DNA of 64,000 nt from Candidatus Buchananbacteria bacterium (GTDB taxonomy: Bacteria; Patescibacteriota; Patescibacteriia; Buchananbacterales; UBA6539): positions 6,410 to 70,409 of the forward strand of contig JABWCG010000001.1 of assembly GCA_013359225.1 (NCBI GenBank). The letters are read 5' to 3'. Below are positions 28,367 to 37,655 of this stretch, piece by piece. The position numbers were made by a program, and so were the translations under genes. Each line of letters begins with the position of its first letter. Positions within the stretch are counted from its first letter, which is position 1. The notes under the pieces are model-generated. The model did not search any database, had not been told where the DNA came from, and saw only the letters and a program-made list of their open reading frames with translations.

Positions 28367-29299
28367 ATGGATCAATTAAACGCGGAGAAGTTTAAAGGGA
28401 AGGGCGCGCTTGACGCGTTCTTGAATTTATTCAGCCTAATTACTTTGGGTTGGATGGCAATCGCGATTGGCATGATTTTGTTTCAGATTATTGACAAGTT
28501 TTTGAGTCCGGGAGCGGTTGGATATCTGAGTGTGTATTCTCAATCAAGTCTGAAATTCGGCGTGGCCTCAGCCCTAATTGTAACGCCAATTTTTTTGCTG
28601 ATTGTTAATTTGCTTCACCAGAATTATCGTAAAGGGACGTTAAACCATGACAGTGGCGTTTATCGCTGGCTGACTTATTTAATCTTGTTAGTAACGGCGT
28701 TAAATATTATCGGACGGCTCATTCAGCTGGTGTTCCAGTTACTGGATGGCGATTATACGCTCGCAAGCATTTTAAAGATTGTGGTGGTGTTGCTTATTGC
28801 CAGCGGGATTTTTGGGTATTACTGGTACGATCTCAAGCGTCATGATTATAGTTCCCGCAGCATGATGTCACAGATATTTTTTGGCGTTATTGTGGCGGTA
28901 GCGCTTGCCTCAATCATTGGTTCATTTTTCATTATCGATTCGCCAAACACTGCTCGGATGAAAAAATATGATCAGCAGCGGGTTAATGATTTGTCCGGTC
29001 TTGATAATTTGATTAATGTTTATTACAACGAGAATAAAAAAGTTCCGGCGGACCTGAGTGAACCGCGTTTTGGGCAGTTTGCCGATCCGGCAACCAGTGA
29101 ACCATACGGATACCGTGCAATTGATCAGACTACCTATGAACTGTGCGCCGACTTTGATTTGGCGGTTGAAGATGAACGCAATACTGAATCGTACTATTAT
29201 GGATATGGCGATAAGAATTGGTATTACCATGATGCCGGTCGTCAGTGCTTTACTTCTCAGGTGTATGATCCGGAAGTTAAGCCTTTGCCAGTTCGTTAG
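28367..29299 (+). CDS. Hypothetical integral membrane protein
   Basis: It has four to five transmembrane helices followed by a soluble, Tyr-rich C-terminal region. Confidence 0.45.
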   Translation: MDQLNAEKFKGKGALDAFLNLFSLITLGWMAIAIGMILFQIIDKFLSPGAVGYLSVYSQSSLKFGVASALIVTPIFLLIVNLLHQNYRKGTLNHDSGVYRWLTYLILLVTALNIIGRLIQLVFQLLDGDYTLASILKIVVVLLIASGIFGYYWYDLKRHDYSSRSMMSQIFFGVIVAVALASIIGSFFIIDSPNTARMKKYDQQRVNDLSGLDNLINVYYNENKKVPADLSEPRFGQFADPATSEPYGYRAIDQTTYELCADFDLAVEDERNTESYYYGYGDKNWYYHDAGRQCFTSQVYDPEVKPLPVR

Positions 29300-29323
29300 T
29301 CTAAAAAATAATAACGAAATTGT

Positions 29324-29908
29324 ATGGCGATTCCTAAAACTACTAAAAAATACTTAGATCAGCGCTTGGCTAAGTATGATGAAATTGCTCATAAAACCGT
29401 TTATACGGCCTATGATGCGGCTCAAACGTTACGCCAGGAATTAAAGTCTATTGCTAAGAGTTTATTGATTGCGACTGATAAGGCATACATCATCGCGGTG
29501 GTGCCGGCCAATATGAGAATTGATCTTGGTAAACTTCGTTCGGCAGTTAGGGCAAAAAAAGTCAGTATTCCTTCAGAAAAAGTGATGGTAAAAGCGTTTC
29601 GGGTCAAGCCGGGGGCGATGACTGCATTTGGCGGTTTGCATAAGGTTGAAGTCTGGGCCGATAAAAGTTTGTTAAAAACTAAAGACATTATTATTTCGGC
29701 CGGTAATTTTACCGATTCAGTTCGGATGAAAGTTAAAGATTATCTTAAGCTTGAAGAGGCTAAATTGGCGAACTTCGCCAAGGCTGGTGGGTATAAGCTG
29801 CCAGCCAGACCAAAAACTAAGAAGTCAAAATCAGGAGTTAAGAAAACTAAAAAGAAGGCTTCTGGAAAAAAGAAATCAGCAAAAAAAATCAGCAAAAAAA
29901 GGAGATAG
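29324..29908 (+). CDS. YbaK/ProX-type aminoacyl-tRNA deacylase domain protein with a Lys-rich tail
   Basis: The pattern KSLLIATDKAYIIAVVPANMRIDLGKLRSAVRAKKV matches the YbaK core. Confidence 0.5.
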   Translation: MAIPKTTKKYLDQRLAKYDEIAHKTVYTAYDAAQTLRQELKSIAKSLLIATDKAYIIAVVPANMRIDLGKLRSAVRAKKVSIPSEKVMVKAFRVKPGAMTAFGGLHKVEVWADKSLLKTKDIIISAGNFTDSVRMKVKDYLKLEEAKLANFAKAGGYKLPARPKTKKSKSGVKKTKKKASGKKKSAKKISKKRR

Positions 29909-29917
29909 GTTTTTACC

Positions 29918-30622
29918 ATGCATAAAGTCAAAGTTGAACAGTTTGAAGGCCCGCTCGATTTATTACTACAGTTGATTGAGCAGCAGAAGCTTGAAATTAC
30001 CAAGGTTTCCTTAGCACAGGTTACCGAGCAGTATATTCAGATTCTAAATCAGTCATCTCAAGACCAGATTAAGGCTGAAGAGTTGGCTGATTTTTTAGTG
30101 GTTGCTGCTCGACTACTGTTGATTAAGTCGAAAGCGTTGTTGCCGTTTTTACAATGGGATGAGGATGATGAAACTGAGGAATTAACGACCCAACTCCGGA
30201 TTTATAAAGAATATCTTGAGGCAACTAAGGCTATTCAGGCGATGATTGGGAAAAAGCGGTTTAGTTTTTCACGACAAAAACTATTAACTGCAGAAGAAAT
30301 CGGTTTTGCGCCGCCGATGAAATTAACTAAAGAAAAATTAGCTGATACTCTGCGTGACGTGATTAAGGCATTAAATCCATTTTTGAATTTACCGACCGAG
30401 GTGGTGCGTAAGACTATTAATATTCAAGAAAAAATTGCCCACATCCGGAGCAGAATTTTTCGTGAGGCGACCACAAAGTTTAGTGAAATTTTGAAAGAGG
30501 CAAAGGATCGCACAGAAGTAATTGTGACATTTTTGGCGCTGCTTGAATTAATTAAACAAAAAACAGTCAGTGCTCATCAGGTGAAAAATTTTGAGGATAT
30601 TGAAATTAGACGGCTGGATTAA
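29918..30622 (+). CDS. scpA: Segregation and condensation protein A
   Basis: The N-terminus FEGPLDLLLQLIEQQKLEITKVSLAQVTEQY is typical of ScpA. Confidence 0.8.
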   Translation: MHKVKVEQFEGPLDLLLQLIEQQKLEITKVSLAQVTEQYIQILNQSSQDQIKAEELADFLVVAARLLLIKSKALLPFLQWDEDDETEELTTQLRIYKEYLEATKAIQAMIGKKRFSFSRQKLLTAEEIGFAPPMKLTKEKLADTLRDVIKALNPFLNLPTEVVRKTINIQEKIAHIRSRIFREATTKFSEILKEAKDRTEVIVTFLALLELIKQKTVSAHQVKNFEDIEIRRLD

Positions 30623-30627
30623 CCCGC

Positions 30628-31962
30628 ATGAAACAGCATAATCCGTATATTCTTGAAGGCAGTTTGGCTAAAGGAGTGATTAGTTTATCAACTCCTATTA
30701 TTTTTGCCATGTTTTTTCAGTCTTTGCTTAATATCGTTGATACTTTCTGGCTTGGCCAAGTGAGTTTTATAGCAGTGGCTGCTGTTTCAATTTCCTGGCC
30801 AATTATTTTTATTGTCATTGCGTTGGCAAGCGGCGCCAGTATTGGTGTGACCGCATTGGTGGCTCGGTATTATGGTGCCAAAGATTTAAAGACGGCAAAT
30901 ATAGTTGCACAAAATTCGGTGATTGCCGGTTTATTGCTGTCGGCAGGCATTACTATAAGCGGCTTGGCGGTATCGGCCTGGCTGTTTCGGTTTATAGGTG
31001 CAACCGGTGAAGTGTTTGATTTGGCCCTGCAGTATACAAACATTTTTTTCATCTCTTCAGTGTGCATGTTTATGAGTTTTATTTTCAGCTCAATTTTGCG
31101 CGGCGAAGGAGACACAACAACACCGATGAAAATTGGCATTGCTATTAACATAGTCAATATGGTGCTTGATCCGCTATTTATTCTCGGTTTTGGCTGGAGC
31201 GTTGCCGGTGCGGCTTTAGCAACTGCTTTGGCAAACGGTGTTAGCCTTTTGCTGTATGTAGTGTATTTAAAATCACATCCATGGCTTACCGTGATTAAAT
31301 ACCAAGGATTTAATTTTAATTTTGGATATATTAAAGAAATATTTTATATTGGTTTTCCGGCGTCGTTGCGAAATATTTCAAACGCGGTTGGTGTTTTTTT
31401 TACAGTCAAGATTATTGCAACTTATGGTGCAGCAGTTGTTGCCGCCTATGGCATTGGCTTTCGCGTCCAGAGCTTTGGGGTACTACCGGTGGTAGCTATT
31501 GCCACCGGTACAATTACGATGGTTGGCCAAAACCTTGGGGCGCAGAAATTACAACGAGCTAAGCTCAGCGGCTGGGTTAGTACCGGTATTGGCCTGATAA
31601 TCATGTCGGTGTTTGCTGGTCTGATATTTATTTTTTCTCGGTCAGTAATTGGTATTTTTAATCAGGAGCCTGAAGTCTTGGTGGTGGGGGGCGAGATGAT
31701 GAAAATTCAGGCACCGGGTTTTATTTTCGGTTCAGCAATCATGACGCTGTCGGCCGCATTTCAGGCTTTCGGCAAATCAATGTACTCTTTTATTAGCACG
31801 GTTTTACGCGTCATTTTATTAGTAATTTTAGCCTATTGGTGGAACAGTTTGTGGGGGTATGTCGGCGTGTGGTGGGCGGTAACTTTTTCCGGCTTGATTT
31901 CAGCTGTGGGGTTGGCTATTTGGTATTGGTGGTGGCAGCCGACAATGGCTGGAAAAAGCTAA
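30628..31962 (+). CDS. MATE family efflux transporter
   Basis: It has twelve transmembrane helices and the MATE N-terminal pattern, and lies between scpA and scpB. Confidence 0.75.
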   Translation: MKQHNPYILEGSLAKGVISLSTPIIFAMFFQSLLNIVDTFWLGQVSFIAVAAVSISWPIIFIVIALASGASIGVTALVARYYGAKDLKTANIVAQNSVIAGLLLSAGITISGLAVSAWLFRFIGATGEVFDLALQYTNIFFISSVCMFMSFIFSSILRGEGDTTTPMKIGIAINIVNMVLDPLFILGFGWSVAGAALATALANGVSLLLYVVYLKSHPWLTVIKYQGFNFNFGYIKEIFYIGFPASLRNISNAVGVFFTVKIIATYGAAVVAAYGIGFRVQSFGVLPVVAIATGTITMVGQNLGAQKLQRAKLSGWVSTGIGLIIMSVFAGLIFIFSRSVIGIFNQEPEVLVVGGEMMKIQAPGFIFGSAIMTLSAAFQAFGKSMYSFISTVLRVILLVILAYWWNSLWGYVGVWWAVTFSGLISAVGLAIWYWWWQPTMAGKS

Positions 31963-31986
31963 TAATATTTGCTATAGTCTAAACAT

Positions 31987-32553
31987 ATGTCCAGTCTAAA
32001 ATCAAAAATTGAAAGTTTGCTTTTCATCTCCAATACGCCGTTTAGTTTGAAGAAACTTGCCGACATTACCAAGGCCGATAAAGACCAGGTAAAACTGGCC
32101 GTGGATGAACTATTGGCCGAGTATGCTAATCGGGCCGGCGGCGTGATGATTCAAAAAATTGATGATAAGGTGCAAATGGCCACGGCCGGTGACAATGCTA
32201 AAATGGTCAAAGAATATATTAAAGAGGAAACGACCGGAGAATTGAGCCGAGCTGCTTTAGAAACCCTGACAATCGTCGCATATCGCGGGCCGATCAGCCG
32301 CTCGGAAATTGAGCAAATCAGAGGGGTTAACTGTGCGGTGATTTTACGCAATCTTTTAATGCGCGGCCTGGTTGAAAGCCGGGACGACAAAAAAAAGATG
32401 CAAAGTGTCTACAATATCACCTTTGATTTTTTGAAATTTTTGGGAGTTAATCAGCAATCACAGCTGCCTGATTACGACAAGCTCAATTCAGATGAAAATT
32501 TGCAAAAAATTATTGAGCAGGCTGAAGTTCAGCCGTCAGAAAATAGCGTATGA
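31987..32553 (+). CDS. scpB: Segregation and condensation protein B
   Basis: Tandem winged-helix domains and the IESLLFISNTP motif are present. Confidence 0.75.
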   Translation: MSSLKSKIESLLFISNTPFSLKKLADITKADKDQVKLAVDELLAEYANRAGGVMIQKIDDKVQMATAGDNAKMVKEYIKEETTGELSRAALETLTIVAYRGPISRSEIEQIRGVNCAVILRNLLMRGLVESRDDKKKMQSVYNITFDFLKFLGVNQQSQLPDYDKLNSDENLQKIIEQAEVQPSENSV

Positions 32554-33467
32554 TCAACCTGATTGCCAGTATTGTTTTAACAAGCCTGCTTTTTCCAGCG
32601 GGCTTTGACTTTTTTACCAGTCACGCAATTGACTATTCATATGTGAGCAATCACTCAGCGGTCCTTGACGCTCCGGTGCGGCTAGCGAATAACAGCTTTG
32701 GTTTAAAAACCACTGCTAAAAGTATTTTAGTCATCGACTCGAAATCGGGTGCGGCATTATACGATAAAAATTCTGCTGCAATAACGCCGATTGCCAGCAT
32801 TACCAAATTGTTGACGGCCTTGGTGGTGGTTGACCACCAGCCGGATTGGAATAAGGTTGTTGAAGTAAAGACCAAGGATCAGCGCGAGGGTGGGCAGGTG
32901 TACCTTTTGCCCGGCGAGCAAGTAACCACCAAAGACTTGTTTGCTATTATGCTGGTTGGTTCGGCCAACGAAGCAGCTCTGGCGTTGGCTGACAGTTTGG
33001 AACTTACTGACTTTGCCGCTGCCATGAACAGCAAGGCTGCGGAGTTGGGGATGATTAATAGCTATTTTGTTGAACCAAGCGGCATTGATCCGCGCAATAC
33101 GTCAACGGCCGCCGACCTATTAAAACTCGCAAACGCAGCGTTTAACAATCCGACGATTACTGAGGCATTAACCGCTCAGCGGTATGAGTTTACTGTTATA
33201 AACAACAACCGGCCCAGCGCGGCTAAAAGCACTAATCAGTTATTGAGCAGTTTTTTGAATCGCGATAGCTTTGATATTGTTGGTGCCAAAACCGGCTATT
33301 TGGATGAAGCCGGCTACTGTTTGGTGATGAAAATTAAAACTGCTGACAGCGTCGAATTGCTGGTGGCATTATTGGGAGCGCAAACGATTGATGATCGTTG
33401 GCAGGAGGCTAAGGGGCTGGTTGATTGGGTGCTAAACAACTATCAGTGGCCGTTAAATCAGTCTTGA
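32550..33467 (+). CDS. D-alanyl-D-alanine carboxypeptidase (serine-type, PBP5-like)
   Basis: The SxxK motif (SITK), the SxN motif (SAN) and the KTG motif are all present, as is a signal/anchor sequence. Confidence 0.75.
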   Translation: MINLIASIVLTSLLFPAGFDFFTSHAIDYSYVSNHSAVLDAPVRLANNSFGLKTTAKSILVIDSKSGAALYDKNSAAITPIASITKLLTALVVVDHQPDWNKVVEVKTKDQREGGQVYLLPGEQVTTKDLFAIMLVGSANEAALALADSLELTDFAAAMNSKAAELGMINSYFVEPSGIDPRNTSTAADLLKLANAAFNNPTITEALTAQRYEFTVINNNRPSAAKSTNQLLSSFLNRDSFDIVGAKTGYLDEAGYCLVMKIKTADSVELLVALLGAQTIDDRWQEAKGLVDWVLNNYQWPLNQS

Positions 33468-33555
33468 ATTTTTCTTAGTTAAATTGTATAATATTAGCGC
33501 GACTTTTAATGGATAATTCAAATCGGCCGAGGCCGTATTTTTGCGTTTTTCATAG

Positions 33556-34320
33556 ATGAAAACTATGGGACAGTCAAAAAAAATTGTCATTGCAAACTGG
33601 AAAATGAAACTTGGCGTACCGCAGAGCGTGGACCTGGCCAAGGGCTTAAAAAATATTTCCGCAAACAATGTTGAGGTGGCGGTTTGCCCGTCGTTTGTCA
33701 GCTTGACTGAAGTGGCAAAGGTGCTTTCGGGCAGCGTGGTAAAGCTCGGCGCGCAAGACTGTTTTTGGGAAGCGTCCGGAGCGTATACCGGCGAAGTTTC
33801 CGCAAATTATTTACGGGAAGCGGGCTGTGAGTTTGTTATTATTGGGCACTCAGAGCGCCGGCAGTATTTGGCCGAGACTAATGAGATGGTTCATAAAAAA
33901 ATCAAAATGGCGTTGGCAGCAAATTTAATTCCTGTATTGTGTGTTGGCGAAACATTTGAACAGCGGCAAAACGGCGCCAAAGATTATGTGATTATTGAGC
34001 AGACGACTAAAGCCTTGGAAGGGCTTGAAGTCGGACCCGACCAGCGTGTGATTATCGCGTATGAACCGGTGTGGGTTATTGGTTCAGGACAGGCGATTGA
34101 TCCGCAAGAAGCGGCAGCGTCGCACCAGGTTATCCGGCAGAGTTTATTTGATATTTTCCCTGCGCCCAGCATTAATAACAATTTTTCAGTTATCTATGGC
34201 GGCAGTGTTGACGGCGAAAATATTTCTTACTTTACGGAACTGGAAAATATTGACGGCGTGCTGGTCGGCGGCGCCAGTCTTCAGGTTGAGGCATTTAAAT
34301 CAATTATCAAAAACGTTTGA
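33556..34320 (+). CDS. tpiA: Triosephosphate isomerase
   Basis: The motifs IANWKM and IIGHSERR and the catalytic Glu region are present. Confidence 0.9.
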   Translation: MKTMGQSKKIVIANWKMKLGVPQSVDLAKGLKNISANNVEVAVCPSFVSLTEVAKVLSGSVVKLGAQDCFWEASGAYTGEVSANYLREAGCEFVIIGHSERRQYLAETNEMVHKKIKMALAANLIPVLCVGETFEQRQNGAKDYVIIEQTTKALEGLEVGPDQRVIIAYEPVWVIGSGQAIDPQEAAASHQVIRQSLFDIFPAPSINNNFSVIYGGSVDGENISYFTELENIDGVLVGGASLQVEAFKSIIKNV

Positions 34321-34379
34321 TACATTTAAGCCAGTAATTCGGCTCGCGTGACGCCGATTTATTAGTTTTTAAAACAAGT

Positions 34380-35234
34380 ATGATTATTTATATCATTCCC
34401 GCCATTATCATTGTTGTTAGCCTTGGGGCGATTATTTTTATGGTTTTTAAAAAATTGCCCGATTTGGCAATGATTGATGTTGAGACAATCGCTCAGGAAA
34501 AAGAAACTAGAGTTCGTAATCGCATTATGGCCGAACGACTGGTCCGCAGTTCGCTTAACCTAAAAAAGAATGTCGGCGTTTTGTTAAAACCGGTTGGTGA
34601 AAAAGTTAAAGAAGGTTCGGCCAAAATGTATCAAAAAATTCTGGAATTGGAAAAGAAAACAGTTTCTAGCAAACAGCCGCTGAAAAAAATTGATTTACAT
34701 CAGGAAACTCAAGATAAACTTGCGGAGGCGTCTCGTCTTCTTAAAGAAGGGGAGTTGGAGAAAGCTGAAGAAATCGGCATTGAAGCGATTGAACTTGATA
34801 ATCAAAATTTGGAAGCCTATGAACTACTGGTTGAAATCTATATTAAAAGCCGCGAGTACAAGAAAGCGCGGGAGACTGCCAAGTATCTGTTAAAATTATT
34901 TAACCAGCAAAAAGCCGCTGACGAAGGCAGCCTCCTGCGCCGCCGCTTGGCAAACTGCTATGGTGATCTGGGATATGTGTACGAGCTTGAACACCGATAT
35001 AGTTACGCGCTGACTAATTATCAGAAGGCGGTTGAGCTGGAGCCAAACAATCCGAGATTTCTTGACTTATTGATGAAAATCAGTATAATATTAAAGAATA
35101 AAAAATTGGCCCTTGAGGTCTTTTCTAGTTTAGAGCAGGCTGATCCGGAAAATGCAAAATTGCCGGAAATCAAGGAAGAAATTAACAATTTGCCGGAAAC
35201 GCAAAATACTGAACCCGAGGAAAATGCGGGGTAG
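34380..35234 (+). CDS. Membrane-anchored TPR-repeat protein
   Basis: It has an N-terminal transmembrane segment and TPR-like repeats (W-LG-Y-A-F-A-P pattern). Confidence 0.5.
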   Translation: MIIYIIPAIIIVVSLGAIIFMVFKKLPDLAMIDVETIAQEKETRVRNRIMAERLVRSSLNLKKNVGVLLKPVGEKVKEGSAKMYQKILELEKKTVSSKQPLKKIDLHQETQDKLAEASRLLKEGELEKAEEIGIEAIELDNQNLEAYELLVEIYIKSREYKKARETAKYLLKLFNQQKAADEGSLLRRRLANCYGDLGYVYELEHRYSYALTNYQKAVELEPNNPRFLDLLMKISIILKNKKLALEVFSSLEQADPENAKLPEIKEEINNLPETQNTEPEENAG

Positions 35235-35253
35235 AATGAAACAGGGGTAATGT

Positions 35254-35329
<76 letters not shown>

Positions 35330-35340
35330 TTTAAAAAATT

Positions 35341-35426
35341 GGGTCGGTACTCAAGCGGTCAACGAGGGCAGACTGTAAATCTGCTGGCAATAGCCTACGG
35401 GGGTTCGAATCCCTCCCGGCCCACCA
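35341..35426 (+). tRNA. tRNA-Tyr (anticodon GTA), long variable arm
   Basis: It is 86 nt with anticodon loop CUGUAAA and an encoded CCA. Confidence 0.85.
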
Positions 35427-35457
35427 CTAATAGTATCTTTAAGTAATTACCCAGCAA

Positions 35458-35533
35458 GCCAGCGTAGCTCAGCTGGTAGAGCAGCAGTTTTGTAAACTGT
35501 TGGTCGTGGGTTCGAATCCCTCCGCTGGCTCCA
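35458..35533 (+). tRNA. tRNA-Thr (anticodon TGT)
   Basis: A cloverleaf can be drawn with one U-U pair in the T-stem; the anticodon loop is UUUGUAA and CCA is encoded. Confidence 0.8.
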
Positions 35534-35574
35534 TTGGATTAAATAATTTAAAAACTAATAATTTAATAACTGCT

Positions 35575-35730
35575 ATGTCACAGGATAATCTGATCAAAAT
35601 GGAGTGTACCGTGTGCAAGAGAGTGAATTATTTTTCTCGAAAAAATAAAAAAACTCTAAAAGACAGAATGGAAATGAAGAAACACTGCAAGCACTGCAAA
35701 AAACACACCATGCACAAAGAAACCAAATAA
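35575..35730 (+). CDS. rpmG: 50S ribosomal protein L33 (Cys-containing form)
   Basis: The motif ECTVCKRVNYFSRKNKKTLKDRMEMKKHCKHCKKHTMHKETK matches the L33 consensus. The ORF was trimmed to the internal ATG. Confidence 0.85.
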   Translation: MSQDNLIKMECTVCKRVNYFSRKNKKTLKDRMEMKKHCKHCKKHTMHKETK

Positions 35731-35781
35731 GTCCCGAATCCTTCCCGGGGCTTATTTGCCAAGGGGGTGTCTCCAAAATCT

Positions 35782-36033
35782 ATGTGGTATGTGTATCTGT
35801 TAAAAATTGATGGTGTAAAAGATAAAAATTTTTACATTGGTTATACGTCGGATTTATGGAAGCGCTTGAAAGAGCATACATCAGGAAACGTTAAAACCAC
35901 TAAAGGTAAAAGTCCAATGTTATTTTATTATGAGGCGTTTGCTGATAAATATTTAGCCTTAAAAAGAGAGCGAGGACTGAAAACTAGTGGTTCAGTTTAT
36001 AATTCTTTGATAAAGAGGCTTGGGCTAAAGTAA
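35782..36033 (+). CDS. GIY-YIG nuclease-superfamily small protein (YhbQ/UPF0213-like)
   Basis: The motif WYVYLLKIDGVKDKNFYIGYTSDLWKRLKEH is the GIY-YIG signature. Confidence 0.65.
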   Translation: MWYVYLLKIDGVKDKNFYIGYTSDLWKRLKEHTSGNVKTTKGKSPMLFYYEAFADKYLALKRERGLKTSGSVYNSLIKRLGLK

Positions 36034-36049
36034 TTTAATAGTAGTATAT

Positions 36050-36123
36050 GGGGGTGTCGTATAGTGGTAGTACAGCGGTCTCCAAAACCGTTAGCGTGGG
36101 TTCGATTCCTACCACCCCTGCCA
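36050..36123 (+). tRNA. tRNA-Trp (anticodon CCA)
   Basis: A cloverleaf has anticodon loop CUCCAAA, T-loop GGTTCGATTCC and an encoded CCA. Confidence 0.85.
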
Positions 36124-36472
36124 TGAATATAAAGTTTCAGGCGACCCACGTGGTTACTGAAATATTTAAACAAACAAAAATACGGATTAGCTTCCGTGTT
36201 TTTGTATTAACTTACTTTACTAGTTTAAGCTTTTTGTCGGTTAGTATTAATTTACTTTTCAAATTTATCAGTAAATCTTTTTTATCGGAAATACTGCCAT
36301 TCTGTAGAAGATATTTAGTATACGTTTTAATATAAACTTTTTTACTTTAAACCTTTTGTTCTTCTTTACCAAGAATTGAAACGTGTTCAGTGGTTTGCTT
36401 GACATAATTAACCATTTATGGTATAGTTTATTATTCGCTCTTTTTAGCTATATATTTACTTGCAAAAGACAT

Positions 36473-36556
36473 GTAGTCATAGCCAAAAGTCACCCAATTA
36501 TCAGATCTAAAATCGAGTTTAAAATGATCCTGTGTGTGGTTTCTGGCTATGACTAC
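36473..36556. repeat. Perfect 12-bp inverted repeat GTAGTCATAGCC...GGCTATGACTAC with a 60-nt spacer, at the boundary between the AT-rich segment and the GC-rich ORF
   Basis: Both arms are read directly, and their positions are anchored by the overlapping ORF track. Confidence 0.7.
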
Positions 36557-36631
36557 AATTCCGTAGTCCGCTAGCACAATCCCAAAATGGCAACGCAGTT
36601 CACAAGAACACAGTTGCACAGGAGATCTATC

Positions 36632-37234
36632 ATGGGCACGGAGCTCATGCTCGATGTCGGACAAGCCAACGAGATCAAACTCGCCGCCGTGCGCGCCGGT
36701 GCTACCAACACCGATCTCAAAAGACTTTCCGAGGGTGACATGTTCACCCGCATTTTGCCGGTTCTGCGAGGACTCGGCGAAGTGACCATCACCAAGTACA
36801 TCGTTGATCTGGACGCTGACCCGATGGTTTACCGTGACTGGAAAGTCGAAGAGCACATTAAGGGCGGTCAGTTCGAGTTTGACCAGGTTAAAGTCGGGCT
36901 ACATCTCGATGAAGAGCAGAAGGAAGGCGGCGTGATCATCGCCAATAAGCTTCGCGAGAAGCTCAAAGGCCAACCGGTCTACAACGCCAACCTACTGGAC
37001 TTCTACCTGGCCCACCCCAACCTTATCCCCGATGAATGGAAGGGCAAAGTCATCGTCTTCTGGGGAACGATTTACCGAAACTCGCGCGACCGGCTGCTTG
37101 TCCGTTGCCTCTTCTGTCTCAACGACAAGTGGAGCTGGATCTACCGTCAGCTTGATTGCGACCGCTTCGGCACCCCCGCCCCGGCTGCGGTTGCCGTTCG
37201 GCGGCGACGGCCAGGTCGCGGTTCCCGCAAGTAA
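36632..37234 (+). CDS. Hypothetical protein (about 200 aa), strongly GC-rich and Arg-rich at the C-terminus
   Basis: An AGGAGA ribosome-binding site lies 7 nt upstream of the ATG and a terminator lies downstream. No motif is recognisable, and an antisense ORF of similar length exists. Confidence 0.4.
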   Translation: MGTELMLDVGQANEIKLAAVRAGATNTDLKRLSEGDMFTRILPVLRGLGEVTITKYIVDLDADPMVYRDWKVEEHIKGGQFEFDQVKVGLHLDEEQKEGGVIIANKLREKLKGQPVYNANLLDFYLAHPNLIPDEWKGKVIVFWGTIYRNSRDRLLVRCLFCLNDKWSWIYRQLDCDRFGTPAPAAVAVRRRRPGRGSRK

Positions 37235-37300
37235 CTGAGTCCTTACGGACTTAAGCACTTGGACTCTTGGTCTGAGAACTTAGTCCTTGGACTTGAATTC

Positions 37301-37343
37301 GTCGACCCGCACGGTTAACTCTGTTGCGGGTCGATTTCTTTTT
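37301..37343 (+). terminator. Intrinsic terminator
   Basis: A 9-bp stem CGACCCGCA/TGCGGGTCG is followed by TTTCTTTTT. Confidence 0.6.
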
Positions 37344-37655
37344 ATTTGATTTAAAAATTGCATTAGGCTTGCTATACTAAAATGGTATTAAGTGAATACG
37401 CCAGCGATTACGCTTCTCTGCCGAAGCCTTGACGGAGGCGGAGTTGCTGACTACCAAACCCAGTTACCATATCTCTCAGAGTATCTCCGACCACGGTTTG
37501 AGGTAGCGTAGAATATGAAGCTAAAAAAATAAAGTTACTTGGTATAGTGTACTGCCAAGAAAAGGCATATGAGGATGGCTATTTTAATCAGAAAAAATTC
37601 ATCCGGTGAAATTTAAAATATTTAAAACAAAATTTAAATAGTTAATACAGCTTAT

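Noticed and set aside
36048-36335. A 95-aa ORF (MGVSYSGSTAVS...)
   Set aside because: It is tRNA-Trp read as protein and then continues into AT-rich non-coding DNA, with no ribosome-binding site. It was replaced by the tRNA-Trp call.
36431-36856. A minus-strand 141-aa ORF (and the ORF at 36571-36801) overlapping the GC-rich 200-aa ORF
   Set aside because: It is antisense in GC-rich DNA. The plus-strand ORF has an AGGAGA ribosome-binding site and a downstream intrinsic terminator, although the coding strand remains somewhat uncertain.
36124-37345. Calling the tRNA-Trp-adjacent segment a bona fide integrative element
   Set aside because: No integrase or recombinase gene is present and I could not locate a direct repeat of the tRNA 3-prime end. 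It is kept as a finding rather than annotated as a mobile element.
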